Positions 1 through 10,369 of a DNA stretch of 64,000 nucleotides are shown in pieces (the first letter of the stretch is position 1; each line of letters opens with the position of its first letter). Position numbers and translations under genes: made by a program. Below the pieces are notes generated by a model. It saw only the letters and a program-made list of their open reading frames with translations. It ran no database searches and had not been told where the DNA came from. Origin of the DNA: an uncultured delta proteobacterium (lineage in GTDB: Bacteria; Myxococcota; Myxococcia; Myxococcales; Myxococcaceae); contig CAWCKH010000004.1 in assembly GCA_963796055.1 (NCBI GenBank), positions 1 through 64,000 on the forward strand, given 5' to 3'.

Positions 1-42
1 AGACCCGGGGTGTGAAGGGCGAGCCTTCGCGAGCTGGTCCAG

Positions 43-711
43 TTACTGCGGGGCAGTTGAACCGGCTTTGGCCCTCCGCGCGAGAAGCAGGACGGCGGCG
101 AGCGAGACACCGAACCCAGCGCACCCAAGCACGATCCAAGCCTCTGGACGGATCAACCAGGCCCTCAGCCTCCGCGGTGCCGTCCGGTCGTCGGCGGCCA
201 GGGCCCGGCGGTGGGCTGAGCTCAGGTCCTCCTTCGAGGGCGGCCCCGACAGGGTTGCAGCCCAGAGGCCCTTCGGCGAAAGGACAAACGTCTGGTCGGC
301 GTGATTGAAGCCCGAGCCGCTGTTCATCACGCGGAAATCGAGTTCGTCGAAGAGCTCGCGAGTCGCCACCGCGTCGATGGAGCGTACCACGAGCCACTCG
401 GAAGGAAGGTCTAGCCGTTGGCGGAACCGCCGAAGATCTGCCGCGACGTCCTTGGGATCGAAGGAAAGCAGTATCACACGAAAATCTGCCGACGCTCCTG
501 GGATCGCCTGCTTCAGAGCAACCGCCGTCAACGGGCAGCTTCCGGCGCAGCGCGTGAAGATGGGCACGAGAAGCGTCGGCGCTCCGGCGGTTCCGAGATT
601 CTGGTGCCGGTCGTGCTCGTCGAGAATGGCCAGGCTGCGTGGCACCAGACCCGGCCGCGCCGGCGGGAGCAGTTCAGCCAATATCAGGCTCATGACCCAG
701 AAACCGCTCAT
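43..711 (-). CDS. SCO1/SenC family copper chaperone
   Basis: CxxxCP motif (FTRCAGSCP), SFDP motif, conserved His (FNHAD); lies downstream of the oxidase subunits. Confidence 0.85.
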   Translation of the reverse strand: MSGFWVMSLILAELLPPARPGLVPRSLAILDEHDRHQNLGTAGAPTLLVPIFTRCAGSCPLTAVALKQAIPGASADFRVILLSFDPKDVAADLRRFRQRLDLPSEWLVVRSIDAVATRELFDELDFRVMNSGSGFNHADQTFVLSPKGLWAATLSGPPSKEDLSSAHRRALAADDRTAPRRLRAWLIRPEAWIVLGCAGFGVSLAAVLLLARRAKAGSTAPQ

Positions 712-715
712 GCGA

Positions 716-2356
716 CTACTCTGATACGAGCGGGTAATTGGCGCCGAGCACCTGAATCAGCGGCGGGATGTATGAGATCAGAATCGCAATCACTCCGGCG
801 ACGATCCACGGCCTAAAATTTCTAACCGCTCCAACGTCCTCGTTGTGATACGCCTCCGACTCGGGCAGCGCGAACGAGTCGGCCTGCTGCTCGGATCGCG
901 CGCTCGCGAGGCTGCGGACGAGCACATAGAAGAACAGCAGCACCGCGAGACCCATGATGCTCCCACCCACCGCTCCGATGTATTCGCCGATGCGCCAGTC
1001 GGGCCGGTACGCGTCGGAAAGCTCGTCGAGATACGACATCCCCAGATTGGTCCTCCTCGGTACACCCTTCAGGCCTCCGTAGAAAAGCCCCGCCGAGAAG
1101 GTGAACACGCCGATCGTCCACACGTACGGAATCGATATCGCTACTCTCGGCGCAACGATCTTCTTCCCCAAGACGCCTACCGACAGGTAGAGGCTCATCC
1201 CCAGGATGGCGAGGAACACCGGACCAGCAACGGTCAAGTGGAAGTGCGCTGGGAGCCACGATGTATTGTGAATCACCGCGTTCATCGAGTACGAGGCATT
1301 CACGATGCCGGTGATTCCGCCGAGGATGAAGATGACCAGGCCGAGGAAGAGATAGGGAAACAGCCACCGCTCCTTGTCGAAGTGCGGCAGCTTCGCCCAC
1401 CAGGCGAAAAGGCCCTTCCCGCCATTCTGACGGGCTCCGTGCTCGAGCGACGCTGCCAGCGTGAATGCCGTGAGCAGGCTCGGAACAGCGACCAGGAAGG
1501 TCAGCGCTGCGTGCAGCGCCTTGTATCCGGAGGAGATGCCCGGCTCGGCGAACTGGTGGTGCAGGCCGAGCGGCGTCGACAGCACGATGAAGGCCAAGAA
1601 CACGAAGCGCCCATAGAAATCACTGTACAGCTTGCCGCCTGCCAACCGCGGCATGATCACGTAATACATGACATAGGCCGGCAGGAGCCAGAAGTAGACC
1701 AGCGGGTGTCCGAAGAACCAGAACAAGAGGCGTGAGAGGACGACGTTGACACCTGCGGTCAAGCCCAGCGACCACGGGATCAGCTGGACAAGCACTTCAT
1801 ACGCGACCGGCAGCGTGCACATCTGCCAGATGATGAAAGTGGAAAAGATTCCAACTGCCCCCAGCGGCGTCTTCTCCCTCGGATGGTCCTTGCGCCACCG
1901 TGAGTAACCGGGAATCCACCCCCAGAACGACACCCAGGAGCCAACGACCAACAAGACGACTCCAATGTAAAAGAGCGGATGTGCCTTCATCGGCGCGTAG
2001 AAGGTGTAGAGCACGTCGGCCTTGCCGGCGAAGATCGGACCGGCGGCGACCAGCGTCCCCACGACCATCAAGGCGGCTCCGGTCTTCGCGGCCGCGGCAG
2101 AAACGCTCTGGCCCAGCTGCTGGCTGACCACCGCGTGCCCGAACGCCACTGCAAAGAAGGTGGTGAGCACGATGGCATTGATCACGCCATGTGCGGTCAA
2201 GCCCTTGTAATAGCCGATGCCGAGGAACGACGTCTCCTGGATCAGTCCCGCCCGATAGAACACCTGCAGCACGCCATGGTACGCGCCAAAGAGAAACAAA
2301 GTGAGCGGGAAGAGCAGCTCGAAGACGATGGTCGCGCGCAGATTCTTCTGGATCAC
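716..2356 (-). CDS. cbaA: heme-copper oxidase subunit I, ba3 (B-family) type
   Basis: WFFGHPLVYFW, LHHQF and AHFH motifs; many TM helices; GTG start overlaps the subunit II stop (GTGA). Confidence 0.9.
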   Translation of the reverse strand: MIQKNLRATIVFELLFPLTLFLFGAYHGVLQVFYRAGLIQETSFLGIGYYKGLTAHGVINAIVLTTFFAVAFGHAVVSQQLGQSVSAAAAKTGAALMVVGTLVAAGPIFAGKADVLYTFYAPMKAHPLFYIGVVLLVVGSWVSFWGWIPGYSRWRKDHPREKTPLGAVGIFSTFIIWQMCTLPVAYEVLVQLIPWSLGLTAGVNVVLSRLLFWFFGHPLVYFWLLPAYVMYYVIMPRLAGGKLYSDFYGRFVFLAFIVLSTPLGLHHQFAEPGISSGYKALHAALTFLVAVPSLLTAFTLAASLEHGARQNGGKGLFAWWAKLPHFDKERWLFPYLFLGLVIFILGGITGIVNASYSMNAVIHNTSWLPAHFHLTVAGPVFLAILGMSLYLSVGVLGKKIVAPRVAISIPYVWTIGVFTFSAGLFYGGLKGVPRRTNLGMSYLDELSDAYRPDWRIGEYIGAVGGSIMGLAVLLFFYVLVRSLASARSEQQADSFALPESEAYHNEDVGAVRNFRPWIVAGVIAILISYIPPLIQVLGANYPLVSE

Positions 2357-2811
2357 GGCGTCACCTCGATCCAGCCCATCATGTTGTCGTGCCCGGACTT
2401 GCAGAATTCGTGGCATAGAATCTGATGCTTGCCGGGTTTGTCGAATCGCGCCTGCGCGTAGTTTACCGCGCCGGGAATGGCCATGAGATTGACATTGGTC
2501 CGGTCGATCATGAAACCGTGCACGATGTCCTTGCTGGTGACATAGAAGTCGACGACGGAGCCCCTCTCCACCTTGATCCGGTTCGGCTTGAAGGACCAGG
2601 TCTTCGCCACCACGTGCGCCTCATACCGGCCGGGAGCCACCCGGATCAGCTCGCCCTCCTCGAAGGGCTTGACGTTGGTGATGCAGGTGGGCACCGAGAT
2701 GCCAAGGCGAATCGCCGCGTAAGCGATCAACCCCAGCATCGCGGCGGCGAACACCAACGAGGCCACAAGAACCTTCTTCTCGACGTTGGGAACGGCGGAA
2801 TTGATGGCCAT
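2353..2811 (-). CDS. cbaB: cytochrome c oxidase subunit II (CuA), ba3 type
   Basis: DIVHGF...CHEFCKSGHDNM CuA motif; single N-terminal TM helix. Confidence 0.9.
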   Translation of the reverse strand: MAINSAVPNVEKKVLVASLVFAAAMLGLIAYAAIRLGISVPTCITNVKPFEEGELIRVAPGRYEAHVVAKTWSFKPNRIKVERGSVVDFYVTSKDIVHGFMIDRTNVNLMAIPGAVNYAQARFDKPGKHQILCHEFCKSGHDNMMGWIEVTP

Positions 2812-2815
2812 GGAG

Positions 2816-2944
2816 TCAGTGCCGGTGGATCATCAGAACGTAGAGGAACAGCCAGACGAGGGAAAAGAAGGCGATCATCAGAACGAAGAACGCGACGGCT
2901 CCCCTGGGGAAGAACTCCGCTTCGTTCGATGGTGTCTGCCTCAT
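2816..2944 (-). CDS. small ba3 oxidase subunit IIa (42 aa, not in the ORF track)
   Basis: Hand translation MRQTPSNEAEFFPRGAVAFFVLMIAFFSLVWLFLYVLMIHRH; PRGA plus one TM helix, directly upstream of subunit II. Confidence 0.75.
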   Translation of the reverse strand: MRQTPSNEAEFFPRGAVAFFVLMIAFFSLVWLFLYVLMIHRH

Positions 2945-3429
2945 GCTCGCCCCCTCGGGACAGCCGCACGATTCCGGAGGTCCAGACGGTACCACTGACC
3001 CTGTCCTCCCGCGAGTTGGGAGTGTGATGTCATCAGGGAACCGACGTCAATGCGAAGGGTGAGGAAGATTGAGAGGCGGCGACGCAGAGTGCCGAGGCAG
3101 ACCTTCGTGGGTCAGCGCGAGGGAACCCCCGGGGCTAGGCACGGGCAGGAACATCGCGGGGCTCCGTCCGACGGGTCCTTCAGGTTCCCGACCTGGACCT
3201 TCGAGGGCAGCAACAGCACGGCTTCCAACCTGACTCCAGTGGTGAGTGCCGTCCGACGTTCGAGACGCGCTTTGCCCTGACGACGGCCCCGGAACGGCTC
3301 TACAGATCGTTGCGTGTCGGATGAGAGAACCTGGGGGACGACAGTGCCCATTGACGGTACGCCGCCCGGGGGGCAAGGCCGGAGAGCTACGCCTTTCGCG
3401 GTCTCGAGGAGAGCTGCTATCCGAAGCAA

Positions 3430-4470
3430 CTAACGCTTGCTGCGTTGCACCAGCCAGGTCTCGAGCTGCGCTTCGAATGCGGCTTCGTTGGCGAGCGCCT
3501 TCTCGAGAATCGGGGCCACGGCCGGAGGTACCGTCTCGGGTACACGCGCATGGACGAACATGTTCTCGCCACGCACGGCGCGGAGGATCAATTCCGCGAA
3601 CCCGTCGATCCACCATGCTTCAACCGCTCGGCCGTGGGCCGCCGTCGCCTTTGCAGGAGAAGAGAGATAGCCCTGCCAGCCGGGTGCGGTCGCTATCTCG
3701 CGCAACTCCTCTAACGAGCGACCTGCTCGGCTCGGGAGCGTCTTGTAGTTGGAACGAACCAGATCGGGTCGCACAGCGAGCATGCCCGATGTCTCGCTGA
3801 CGCCGGCATGAACATCCATGCCGAAGGACGAAAACTCTGTTGTTGAAAAATATTTAATGTTGATCTTCTCTCCGCTCGCTTGAATTGCGGCATCGGCCCG
3901 AAACAGAGCGGTGAGGTGCAGCATTGTCACGTGAAAGGCTTCGCTAACGAAGTCGCACGCCTCGTTGATGGCGATGTTGTGCGTGGGCGCTCCGTGGCCG
4001 TTCACGACAAAGATCCACTTGAATCCGTTCTGGGCGACCTGTCCGCCAACATCGGCCACAACGGCTCGTAACGTCGACTGTCGAATGCCGTAGGTGCCGG
4101 GGTGGATCAGCATGTCGCCCAGGTGGTTCGCTCCGCTGTGGCCGTAGTTGATTGGAGGCATCAGAACGACGTGCCATTCTGGCAAAGCTCGGCTCACGCG
4201 CCTCGACGCCCGGTTGGCCTCGTACATGACGCCAAATGTGTCGGCACCAACGGGCAGGTGGGGGCCGTGTTCCTCGATCATTCCCACCGGCAGGATGAAC
4301 ACTGTCCGCTCACGATCGAGGGCATCGATCTGGGGCCAGCTGAGCTCTTCGAGCTTGTAGAGCTTCGAACGAGCGGGAGCAGAGCCGTCGCGTTGGGTCA
4401 CTTGAGCTCGCGCCGATGCGACAGACCCACTGATGACACACGCGATCAACACGATGAGCGCTTGATTCAT
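3430..4470 (-). CDS. creatininase/amidohydrolase family protein with signal peptide
   Basis: LPVGMIEEHGPHLPVGAD, NGHG and DVHAGVSETS motifs; ATG at 4470 with GGAG RBS. Confidence 0.85.
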   Translation of the reverse strand: MNQALIVLIACVISGSVASARAQVTQRDGSAPARSKLYKLEELSWPQIDALDRERTVFILPVGMIEEHGPHLPVGADTFGVMYEANRASRRVSRALPEWHVVLMPPINYGHSGANHLGDMLIHPGTYGIRQSTLRAVVADVGGQVAQNGFKWIFVVNGHGAPTHNIAINEACDFVSEAFHVTMLHLTALFRADAAIQASGEKINIKYFSTTEFSSFGMDVHAGVSETSGMLAVRPDLVRSNYKTLPSRAGRSLEELREIATAPGWQGYLSSPAKATAAHGRAVEAWWIDGFAELILRAVRGENMFVHARVPETVPPAVAPILEKALANEAAFEAQLETWLVQRSKR

Positions 4471-4649
4471 ACGTCTCTCCTGTCGTGCTGCGCCCGCTCG
4501 AATCCGGCCGGACGACCGGCCCCACATGATGGCGAGGCGCGAGCCGCGCGGCTCTTCGAGATCTGGACGGGGGAGGCGGCCGATCGGCAGAAGACGACTG
4601 GTAAACGCTGCTCTACAACCCGGGATCTTGGTCGTCGGTCTCCACGGCA

Positions 4650-5012
4650 CGCGCCTCGCGAGCGCGTGTGCGGGCAGATCGAGATGGAGCCGTTCAACAT
4701 CCACGTGACCCGGCACAGGCATGCCTTCCACTTGGTCCAGCGCGGCGTGCCCCTTGGCAGCGGTGGCCAGTTGCTCGGTCAGAGCGTGCTCACGGTGACT
4801 GCCCGCTACGCGCATCTCGGCCGGAGTGCCCTGCACGATGCGGTGCGGGTGCTCGAGCCAAGCTTCCTGCCGCGTTCAGCATCGCCCGCGCCGGGTCAGG
4901 CACAAGGGAGGCCACACGCGGGAGCTGCCAAAGCGCAGGGCGGCCCAAGAGTCCTGCAATTTCGTGGGCGACCAACCGGGCTTGAACCGGTAACCCCCGG
5001 AGCCACAGTCCG
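4650..5012 (+). pseudogene. C-terminal remnant of a tyrosine integrase paralogous to 30375-31610
   Basis: ERVCGQIEMEPFNIHVTRH...LGQSVLTVTARYAHLGRS...FRGRPTGLEPVTPGATV aligns with the C-terminus of the intact integrase; N-terminal part absent. Confidence 0.9.
4965..5012 (-). repeat. att site: tRNA-His 3' half, copy 1
   Basis: tgggcgaccaaccgggcttgaaccggtaacccccggagccacagtccg; 1 mismatch to 31547-31594. Confidence 0.95.
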
Positions 5013-5197
5013 GGCTAGACCACCTGGCACTTCAAGATTCCTGTCAAGACACTCGATAACTCGATGGAATTCTTCGTGGCGAGGTGAGCACCGGACGGCT
5101 CTCGATCACTCCGTCGCGCTGAGGTAGAACGACTTCCCTCAAACCTCCCTCAATCGGCTTCGCAGTGGTCACAGCGTTCTAGCGGCGCTCGAACACG

Positions 5198-5540
5198 TTC
5201 GTCCTCACCTGCCCTCGCTGCGGGGGCACCCGCCCCGTCGTGGCAGTCGTCCTCCGTTCCGCGAGGGCCCAGGCCATCCTCGAGCACCTGCGGCTCCCCT
5301 CCAGGCGTCTCCCCCTCGCTCCAAAGCCACCTCCGCGCCCCAGCTCGGCCTCTGGTGAGTGCCGTCCGACGTTCGCGACTCGCCCCGGCCTGACCACGGC
5401 CCCGGGACTGCTCTACCCTCAACAGCGGTGAGCACCCCCGCCGAGCGCCTCCTGGTCCCGTCGCCCTCCCCTCTCCCTGGCTGAAGCGACACCCCACTTT
5501 GGTCCGCGGCTCGAAAACCCGGTTTGTTCTTCTTTGGACT
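5198..5540 (+). pseudogene. 3' remnant of an IS91/ISCR-like (Y2) transposase with possible degenerate oriIS
   Basis: VLTCPRCGGTRPVVAVVLRSARAQAILEHLRLP...PQLGLW* (one frameshift); GGTTTGTTCTTCTTT at 5521-5535; family assigned from recalled motifs. Confidence 0.55.
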
Positions 5541-5719
5541 AGTCCAAGCGCCGATGAGCGACCGCCTATCGGTGTAGCCACGCTCCGCAGCCAGCCACCC
5601 CTCTACCCTCCGGCGCCGCGGACGCTGCTTCCGCTTGCCCCTGCCCGGCCCCAGAGAGAGCATCCAGCAGTTCGCCCTCTCCACCGCGTTCACGTTCTGA
5701 CCAAACCTTCACCCAAGGA

Positions 5720-6886
5720 GTGACAGCGATGAAGACATTTCTCACTGCTGCAATCGTGCTCGGCCTTGGCCTCCCCTCGGCAGCGCGCGCCGAGGGCGTC
5801 AAGATCGGGATCATCAACTCCATGACCGGCCCCGAGGCACCGATCGGGGAAAGCCTCACCAATGGCATCAAGCTCGCGCAGGACGACCTGGCCAGGAAGA
5901 ACATCAAGGTCGAGCTGATCTGGGAGGACGACACCGGCAAGCCGCAGGTCGCGATGAGCGCCATCGAGAAGCTCGCCACCCGCGACAACGTGGCCGGGGT
6001 GGTCGGCCCCTACACCTCGGCCAGCGCCAACGCGGTCGCCAAGCAGGCGCAGCGCTACAAGGTGCCGCTCCTAGTGCCGGTGGCGGCCAAGGAAGACATC
6101 ACGCGCCAGGGCTACGAATGGGTGTTCCGGCTCAACGCCCCGGCCAACGTCTACGCCCAGGTGCTCCTCGACGCGGTCACCCAGCTCGGGAAGCCCAAGA
6201 CCATGGCCCTGATCTACGAGAACACCGACTTCGGCACCTCCACCGCCACCACCGCCAAGGAGTACGCGGACAAGAAGGGCATCAAGGTGGTGGCGGACGA
6301 ATCGTACTCCAAGGGCTCGCCCGACTACCGGTCCACGCTCACCAAGGTGAAGGCCCTGAGCCCCGACCTGGTGTTCATGGTTTCCTACGTGGCGGACGCG
6401 ATTCTCCTGATGCGACAGGCGCGCGAGATGGGCCTGAAGCCGCAGGCCTTCCTGGGCGGTGGCGCCGGGTTCACCACCGCCCAGTTCGCCAGCGAGAAGG
6501 ACATCTCCAACCACGTCTTCACCTCCACCCAGTGGACCGACGACGTGCCCTGGCCCGGGGCCAAGGACTTCGCCACCCGGTACAAGGCCAAGTTCAACAA
6601 GGAGCCGCCCTATCACGCGGCGTGCGCCTACGCGGCGATGATGATCATGGCGGAGGTGGCTTCAAAACAGGGCGGCGACCGGGAGAAGGTCCGCAGCGCG
6701 CTGGCCTCCGGCAGCTGGAACGGCATCATGGGCGACGTGAAATTCGAGAGTTACGAGGGCTACGCCAACCAGAACAAGCACCCCATGCTGGTGCAGCAGA
6801 TCCAGGACGGCAAGTATGTGACGGTGTTCCCGGCCAAGTTCGCGGGCGGCAAGAAGGGGAGCTACCCGTTCCCCGGCTGGAAATGA
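5720..6886 (+). CDS. livK: branched-chain amino acid ABC transporter substrate-binding protein
   Basis: Signal peptide; KIGIINSMTG, EDDTGKP and VVGPYTS motifs; operon context. Confidence 0.9.
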   Translation: MTAMKTFLTAAIVLGLGLPSAARAEGVKIGIINSMTGPEAPIGESLTNGIKLAQDDLARKNIKVELIWEDDTGKPQVAMSAIEKLATRDNVAGVVGPYTSASANAVAKQAQRYKVPLLVPVAAKEDITRQGYEWVFRLNAPANVYAQVLLDAVTQLGKPKTMALIYENTDFGTSTATTAKEYADKKGIKVVADESYSKGSPDYRSTLTKVKALSPDLVFMVSYVADAILLMRQAREMGLKPQAFLGGGAGFTTAQFASEKDISNHVFTSTQWTDDVPWPGAKDFATRYKAKFNKEPPYHAACAYAAMMIMAEVASKQGGDREKVRSALASGSWNGIMGDVKFESYEGYANQNKHPMLVQQIQDGKYVTVFPAKFAGGKKGSYPFPGWK

Positions 6887-6959
6887 CCGCTGGGGTTCGC
6901 CTCGCGGGCGGCGGGCGCGTTTCCGGGCGCCGCTCGCAGCGCGGATCGCACAAGCGACG

Positions 6960-7826
6960 ATGATCGTCTTCCTTCAGTCGGTGCTGAGCGGGGTGCTGAT
7001 CGGCGGGGTCTACGCGCTGGTAGGCATTGGGCTGACCATCATCTTCGGCGTGATGCGGGTGATCAACTTCGCCCACGGTGAGCTGGTGATGATCGGCATG
7101 TACCTGACCTGGATCATCTTCACCGGGCTGGCCATCGACCCGTTCGTGTCAATCCTGATCAGCATTCCGGCCATGTTCGCGGTGGGCGCGCTGATCCAGA
7201 AGACGCTCATCAACCGGGTGCTGGGGGCGCTGCCGGAGAACCAGATCCTGCTCACCGTCGGGCTCGGCCTGGTGCTGAGCAACCTGGTGATGCTCTTCTT
7301 CACCTCCGACTACCGGATCCTCACCACCAGCTACTCCTCGAGCACCCTCCGCCTAGCCGGGTTGTCGGTCTCCACGCCGCTGGCCATCTCCTTCGCCATC
7401 ACCAGCGCGATCACCGCGCTCCTGTACTGGTTCCTGCTCAAGACCGACACCGGCCAGGGGATCCGCGCCACCGCCCAGGACCGGGACGCGGCGCAGTTGA
7501 TGGGAATCAACGTCAAGCGCATGTCGCTTCTTGCCTTCGGAATCGGGGCCGCGCTGGCCGGCACCGCCGGCGCCCTCATCTCGCCCACCTACTACATCTT
7601 CCCGCAGGTGGGCGGTGTCTTCACTTTGAAGGCATTCGTGATCGTGGTGTTGGGCGGCATGGGGAGCGTCCTCGGGGCGACGCTGGGCGGGGTGATCATC
7701 GGCGTGACCGAGTCGCTGGCGGCGGTTTACATCTCCGCCGGCATGAAAGAGCTGTTCGTCTATGTGCTCTTCCTGATCGTGTTGCTGTTCAGGCCGGCGG
7801 GCCTGCTCGGCAGATCGAGAATGTGA
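6960..7826 (+). CDS. livH: branched-chain amino acid ABC permease
   Basis: GLTIIFGVMRVINFAHGE and VVLGGMGS motifs. Confidence 0.92.
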   Translation: MIVFLQSVLSGVLIGGVYALVGIGLTIIFGVMRVINFAHGELVMIGMYLTWIIFTGLAIDPFVSILISIPAMFAVGALIQKTLINRVLGALPENQILLTVGLGLVLSNLVMLFFTSDYRILTTSYSSSTLRLAGLSVSTPLAISFAITSAITALLYWFLLKTDTGQGIRATAQDRDAAQLMGINVKRMSLLAFGIGAALAGTAGALISPTYYIFPQVGGVFTLKAFVIVVLGGMGSVLGATLGGVIIGVTESLAAVYISAGMKELFVYVLFLIVLLFRPAGLLGRSRM

Positions 7827-8959
7827 TTGGAGCCATCCGAGTGAACGACCTGCCGCGCTCGCTCACCCGCTCGCGCCGTTCCACCCTGCTCTCATTCGCT
7901 GCGGTGGCGGCGGTGGCGCTGGTGCTGCTCCTCGTTCCCAGGGCGGTGCAGAGCCCATACCTTTTGCACGTGATGATCCTCTTCTTCCTCTCCGTGAGCA
8001 TGGGGGAGAGCTGGAACGTGATCGGCGGCTACACCGGCCAGTACTCGCTCGGGCACGCCGCTTACTTCGGCGCGGGGGCGTACACCACGCTGATACTCCT
8101 CCAGTACCGCCACGTCGCGCCCTGGTGGGGCGCGTGGGCCGCGGTGGGGGTCTCGCTGGTGGTGGCGCTGGTGATCGGCAGCATCTGCTTCCGGCTCCGA
8201 GGCCCCTATTTCACCCTGGCCTCGATCGCGGTGACGGAGAGCATCCGCTTGATCGCCCTCAACTGGAAGGCGGTGACCAACGGCGCAGAAGGCATCCTCT
8301 TGATGGACATCCCCCCCCTCAAGATCGGAGGGATGCTGATCACCGACTGGCTCTCGAAGGTGCCGTTCTATTACATCGGGCTGGTCCTGGCGCTGGTCAC
8401 CCTGCTGGTGAACTACCTGGTGGGCCGCTCCAAGCTCGGGTACTGCTTCCAGGCAATCCGGGAGGACCAGGACGCCGCCCACTCGCTGGGCATCAACCCC
8501 GCCTTCTACAAGAATGTGGCGCTGGCCATCTCCGCGGTCTTCACCGCCCTGACCGGGGCCTTCTACGGGCTGTACATCGGCTTCATCGACCCCCAGACGG
8601 TGCTGGGAATCGACCTCTCGGTGGAGATGGTGCTGATCTGCATCATCGGCGGCATCGGCACCAACTTGGGCCCGGTGGTGGGCGCGCTGGTGCTGGTGCC
8701 GCTCTCGGAGGCCCTGCGGGCGAACCTGTTCGCACGGCTCCTCTTCAGCGCCGGGCTGCTGGACGAGACGTCGCGCGCAGGCGCGTTCCTCAAGGAGAAC
8801 CTGGCCCACGCCCACGTGCTCATCTACGGGATCCTGGTGGTGCTGGTGATCCTCTTCATGCCCGACGGCGTGCTCGGGTTCGCGAAGAAGCTGCTCGCGC
8901 GGCGAGCGCCCGGCCCAGCCCCGGTGCGGACCTGGGAGGCCCCCGATGCAAATCCTTGA
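7823..8959 (+). CDS. livM: branched-chain amino acid ABC permease
   Basis: GYTGQYSLGHAAYFG, RLRGPYF and AIREDQDAA motifs. Confidence 0.92.
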   Translation: MIGAIRVNDLPRSLTRSRRSTLLSFAAVAAVALVLLLVPRAVQSPYLLHVMILFFLSVSMGESWNVIGGYTGQYSLGHAAYFGAGAYTTLILLQYRHVAPWWGAWAAVGVSLVVALVIGSICFRLRGPYFTLASIAVTESIRLIALNWKAVTNGAEGILLMDIPPLKIGGMLITDWLSKVPFYYIGLVLALVTLLVNYLVGRSKLGYCFQAIREDQDAAHSLGINPAFYKNVALAISAVFTALTGAFYGLYIGFIDPQTVLGIDLSVEMVLICIIGGIGTNLGPVVGALVLVPLSEALRANLFARLLFSAGLLDETSRAGAFLKENLAHAHVLIYGILVVLVILFMPDGVLGFAKKLLARRAPGPAPVRTWEAPDANP

Positions 8960-9668
8960 AATAAGGCATCTGTTCAAGTTCTTCGGCGGGCTGGCTGCGA
9001 ATGCCGACGTCAGCTTCTCGGTGGAGAAGGGGATGATCATGGGGCTGATCGGCCCCAACGGCTCGGGCAAGACCACCCTTTTCAACTGCATCACCGGCTA
9101 TTACCCGCCCTCCAAGGGAGAGGTGGTCTTCAAGGGCCAGCGGCTGCACGGGCTCCAGCCGGACCGGGTCTGCAAGCTGGGCATGGCGCGTACCTGGCAG
9201 AAGGTGCGGCCCCTGGCCAAGCTCAACGTGCTGGACAACGTGATGGTGGGAGCGCTGGCGCGCACCAACTCGCTCAAGGTCGCGCGCCAGGCGGCGATGG
9301 AGCAGCTGGAGCTGGTGCGGATGGCCCATCGCGCCGCGATGCTGGCGGGCGGGCTCTCCATCGGCGAGCGCAAGAAGCTGGAGGTGGCGCGCGTGCTCGC
9401 CACCCGGCCCGAGCTGTTGCTCCTGGACGAGGTGATGGGCGGGCTGAACCCGGCCGAGAGCGATGAGATCATCCAGCTCATCCTGGAGATCAAGGCCCGC
9501 GGGTTTACGCAGATCGTGATCGAGCACAACATGAGAGCCATCATGCGCATCTCGGACCGGATCGTCTGTCTCAACACGGGCGAGAAGCTCGCCGAGGGCT
9601 CGCCCCAGGAGATCGTCCACAACCCAGACGTGATCACCGCCTACCTCGGAGACGCCGAAGTTGCTTAG
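8946..9668 (+). CDS. livG: branched-chain amino acid ABC ATPase
   Basis: GPNGSGKTT Walker A, LLLDEV, C-terminal VITAYLG. Confidence 0.92.
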   Translation: MQILEIRHLFKFFGGLAANADVSFSVEKGMIMGLIGPNGSGKTTLFNCITGYYPPSKGEVVFKGQRLHGLQPDRVCKLGMARTWQKVRPLAKLNVLDNVMVGALARTNSLKVARQAAMEQLELVRMAHRAAMLAGGLSIGERKKLEVARVLATRPELLLLDEVMGGLNPAESDEIIQLILEIKARGFTQIVIEHNMRAIMRISDRIVCLNTGEKLAEGSPQEIVHNPDVITAYLGDAEVA

Positions 9669-10365
9669 CGTCCGAAAGTTGAGCTTCAGCTACGGCGACC
9701 TGAAGGTCCTGTGGGACATCGACCTGGAGGTGAACCAGGGGGAGATCGTCACCGTGGTGGGGGCCAACGGGGCCGGCAAATCAACCACCCTGCGCAACAT
9801 CTCTCGCCTGGTGAAAGCTTCGAGCGGGGAGGTAGTCTTCGACGGGGTGGACCTCCTCCGGCTCGAGCCGCACCAGGTGGTGGAGCGGGGCATCGTTCAG
9901 GTGCCGGAGGCCCGGCGCATCTTCCCGGAGATGACGGTGCTCGAGAACCTGCGCATGGGCTCCTTCGTGAAGGCGACGCGAAAGGATCGGGCGCGGAACA
10001 TGGAGCGGGTCTTCACGCTCTTCCCGCGGCTCAAGGAGCGCGAGCGCCAGCTGGGGGGCACCATGTCCGGCGGCGAGCAGCAGATGCTGGCCATCGCCCG
10101 CGGGCTGATGGCCAACCCCAGGCTCCTCCTCCTCGACGAGCCCTCGCTGGGCCTCTCTCCGCTGTTCGTCAAGCACATCTTCGAGATCATCAAGGAGATA
10201 AGCCGGCAGGGCATCACCATTCTGCTGGTCGAGCAGAACGTCTACCAATCGCTCAAGATCGCCCACCGCGCCTACGTGGTGGAGACCGGGCGGGTGGTGC
10301 TCTCGGGAAAGGGGCAGGAGCTGCTCGCCAACGAGCAGGTGAGGAAGGCATTTCTGGGAATGTGA
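9661..10365 (+). CDS. livF: branched-chain amino acid ABC ATPase
   Basis: GANGAGKST, MSGGEQQM and LLLDEPSLGL motifs. Confidence 0.92.
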   Translation: MLSVRKLSFSYGDLKVLWDIDLEVNQGEIVTVVGANGAGKSTTLRNISRLVKASSGEVVFDGVDLLRLEPHQVVERGIVQVPEARRIFPEMTVLENLRMGSFVKATRKDRARNMERVFTLFPRLKERERQLGGTMSGGEQQMLAIARGLMANPRLLLLDEPSLGLSPLFVKHIFEIIKEISRQGITILLVEQNVYQSLKIAHRAYVVETGRVVLSGKGQELLANEQVRKAFLGM

Positions 10366-10369
10366 AGCC

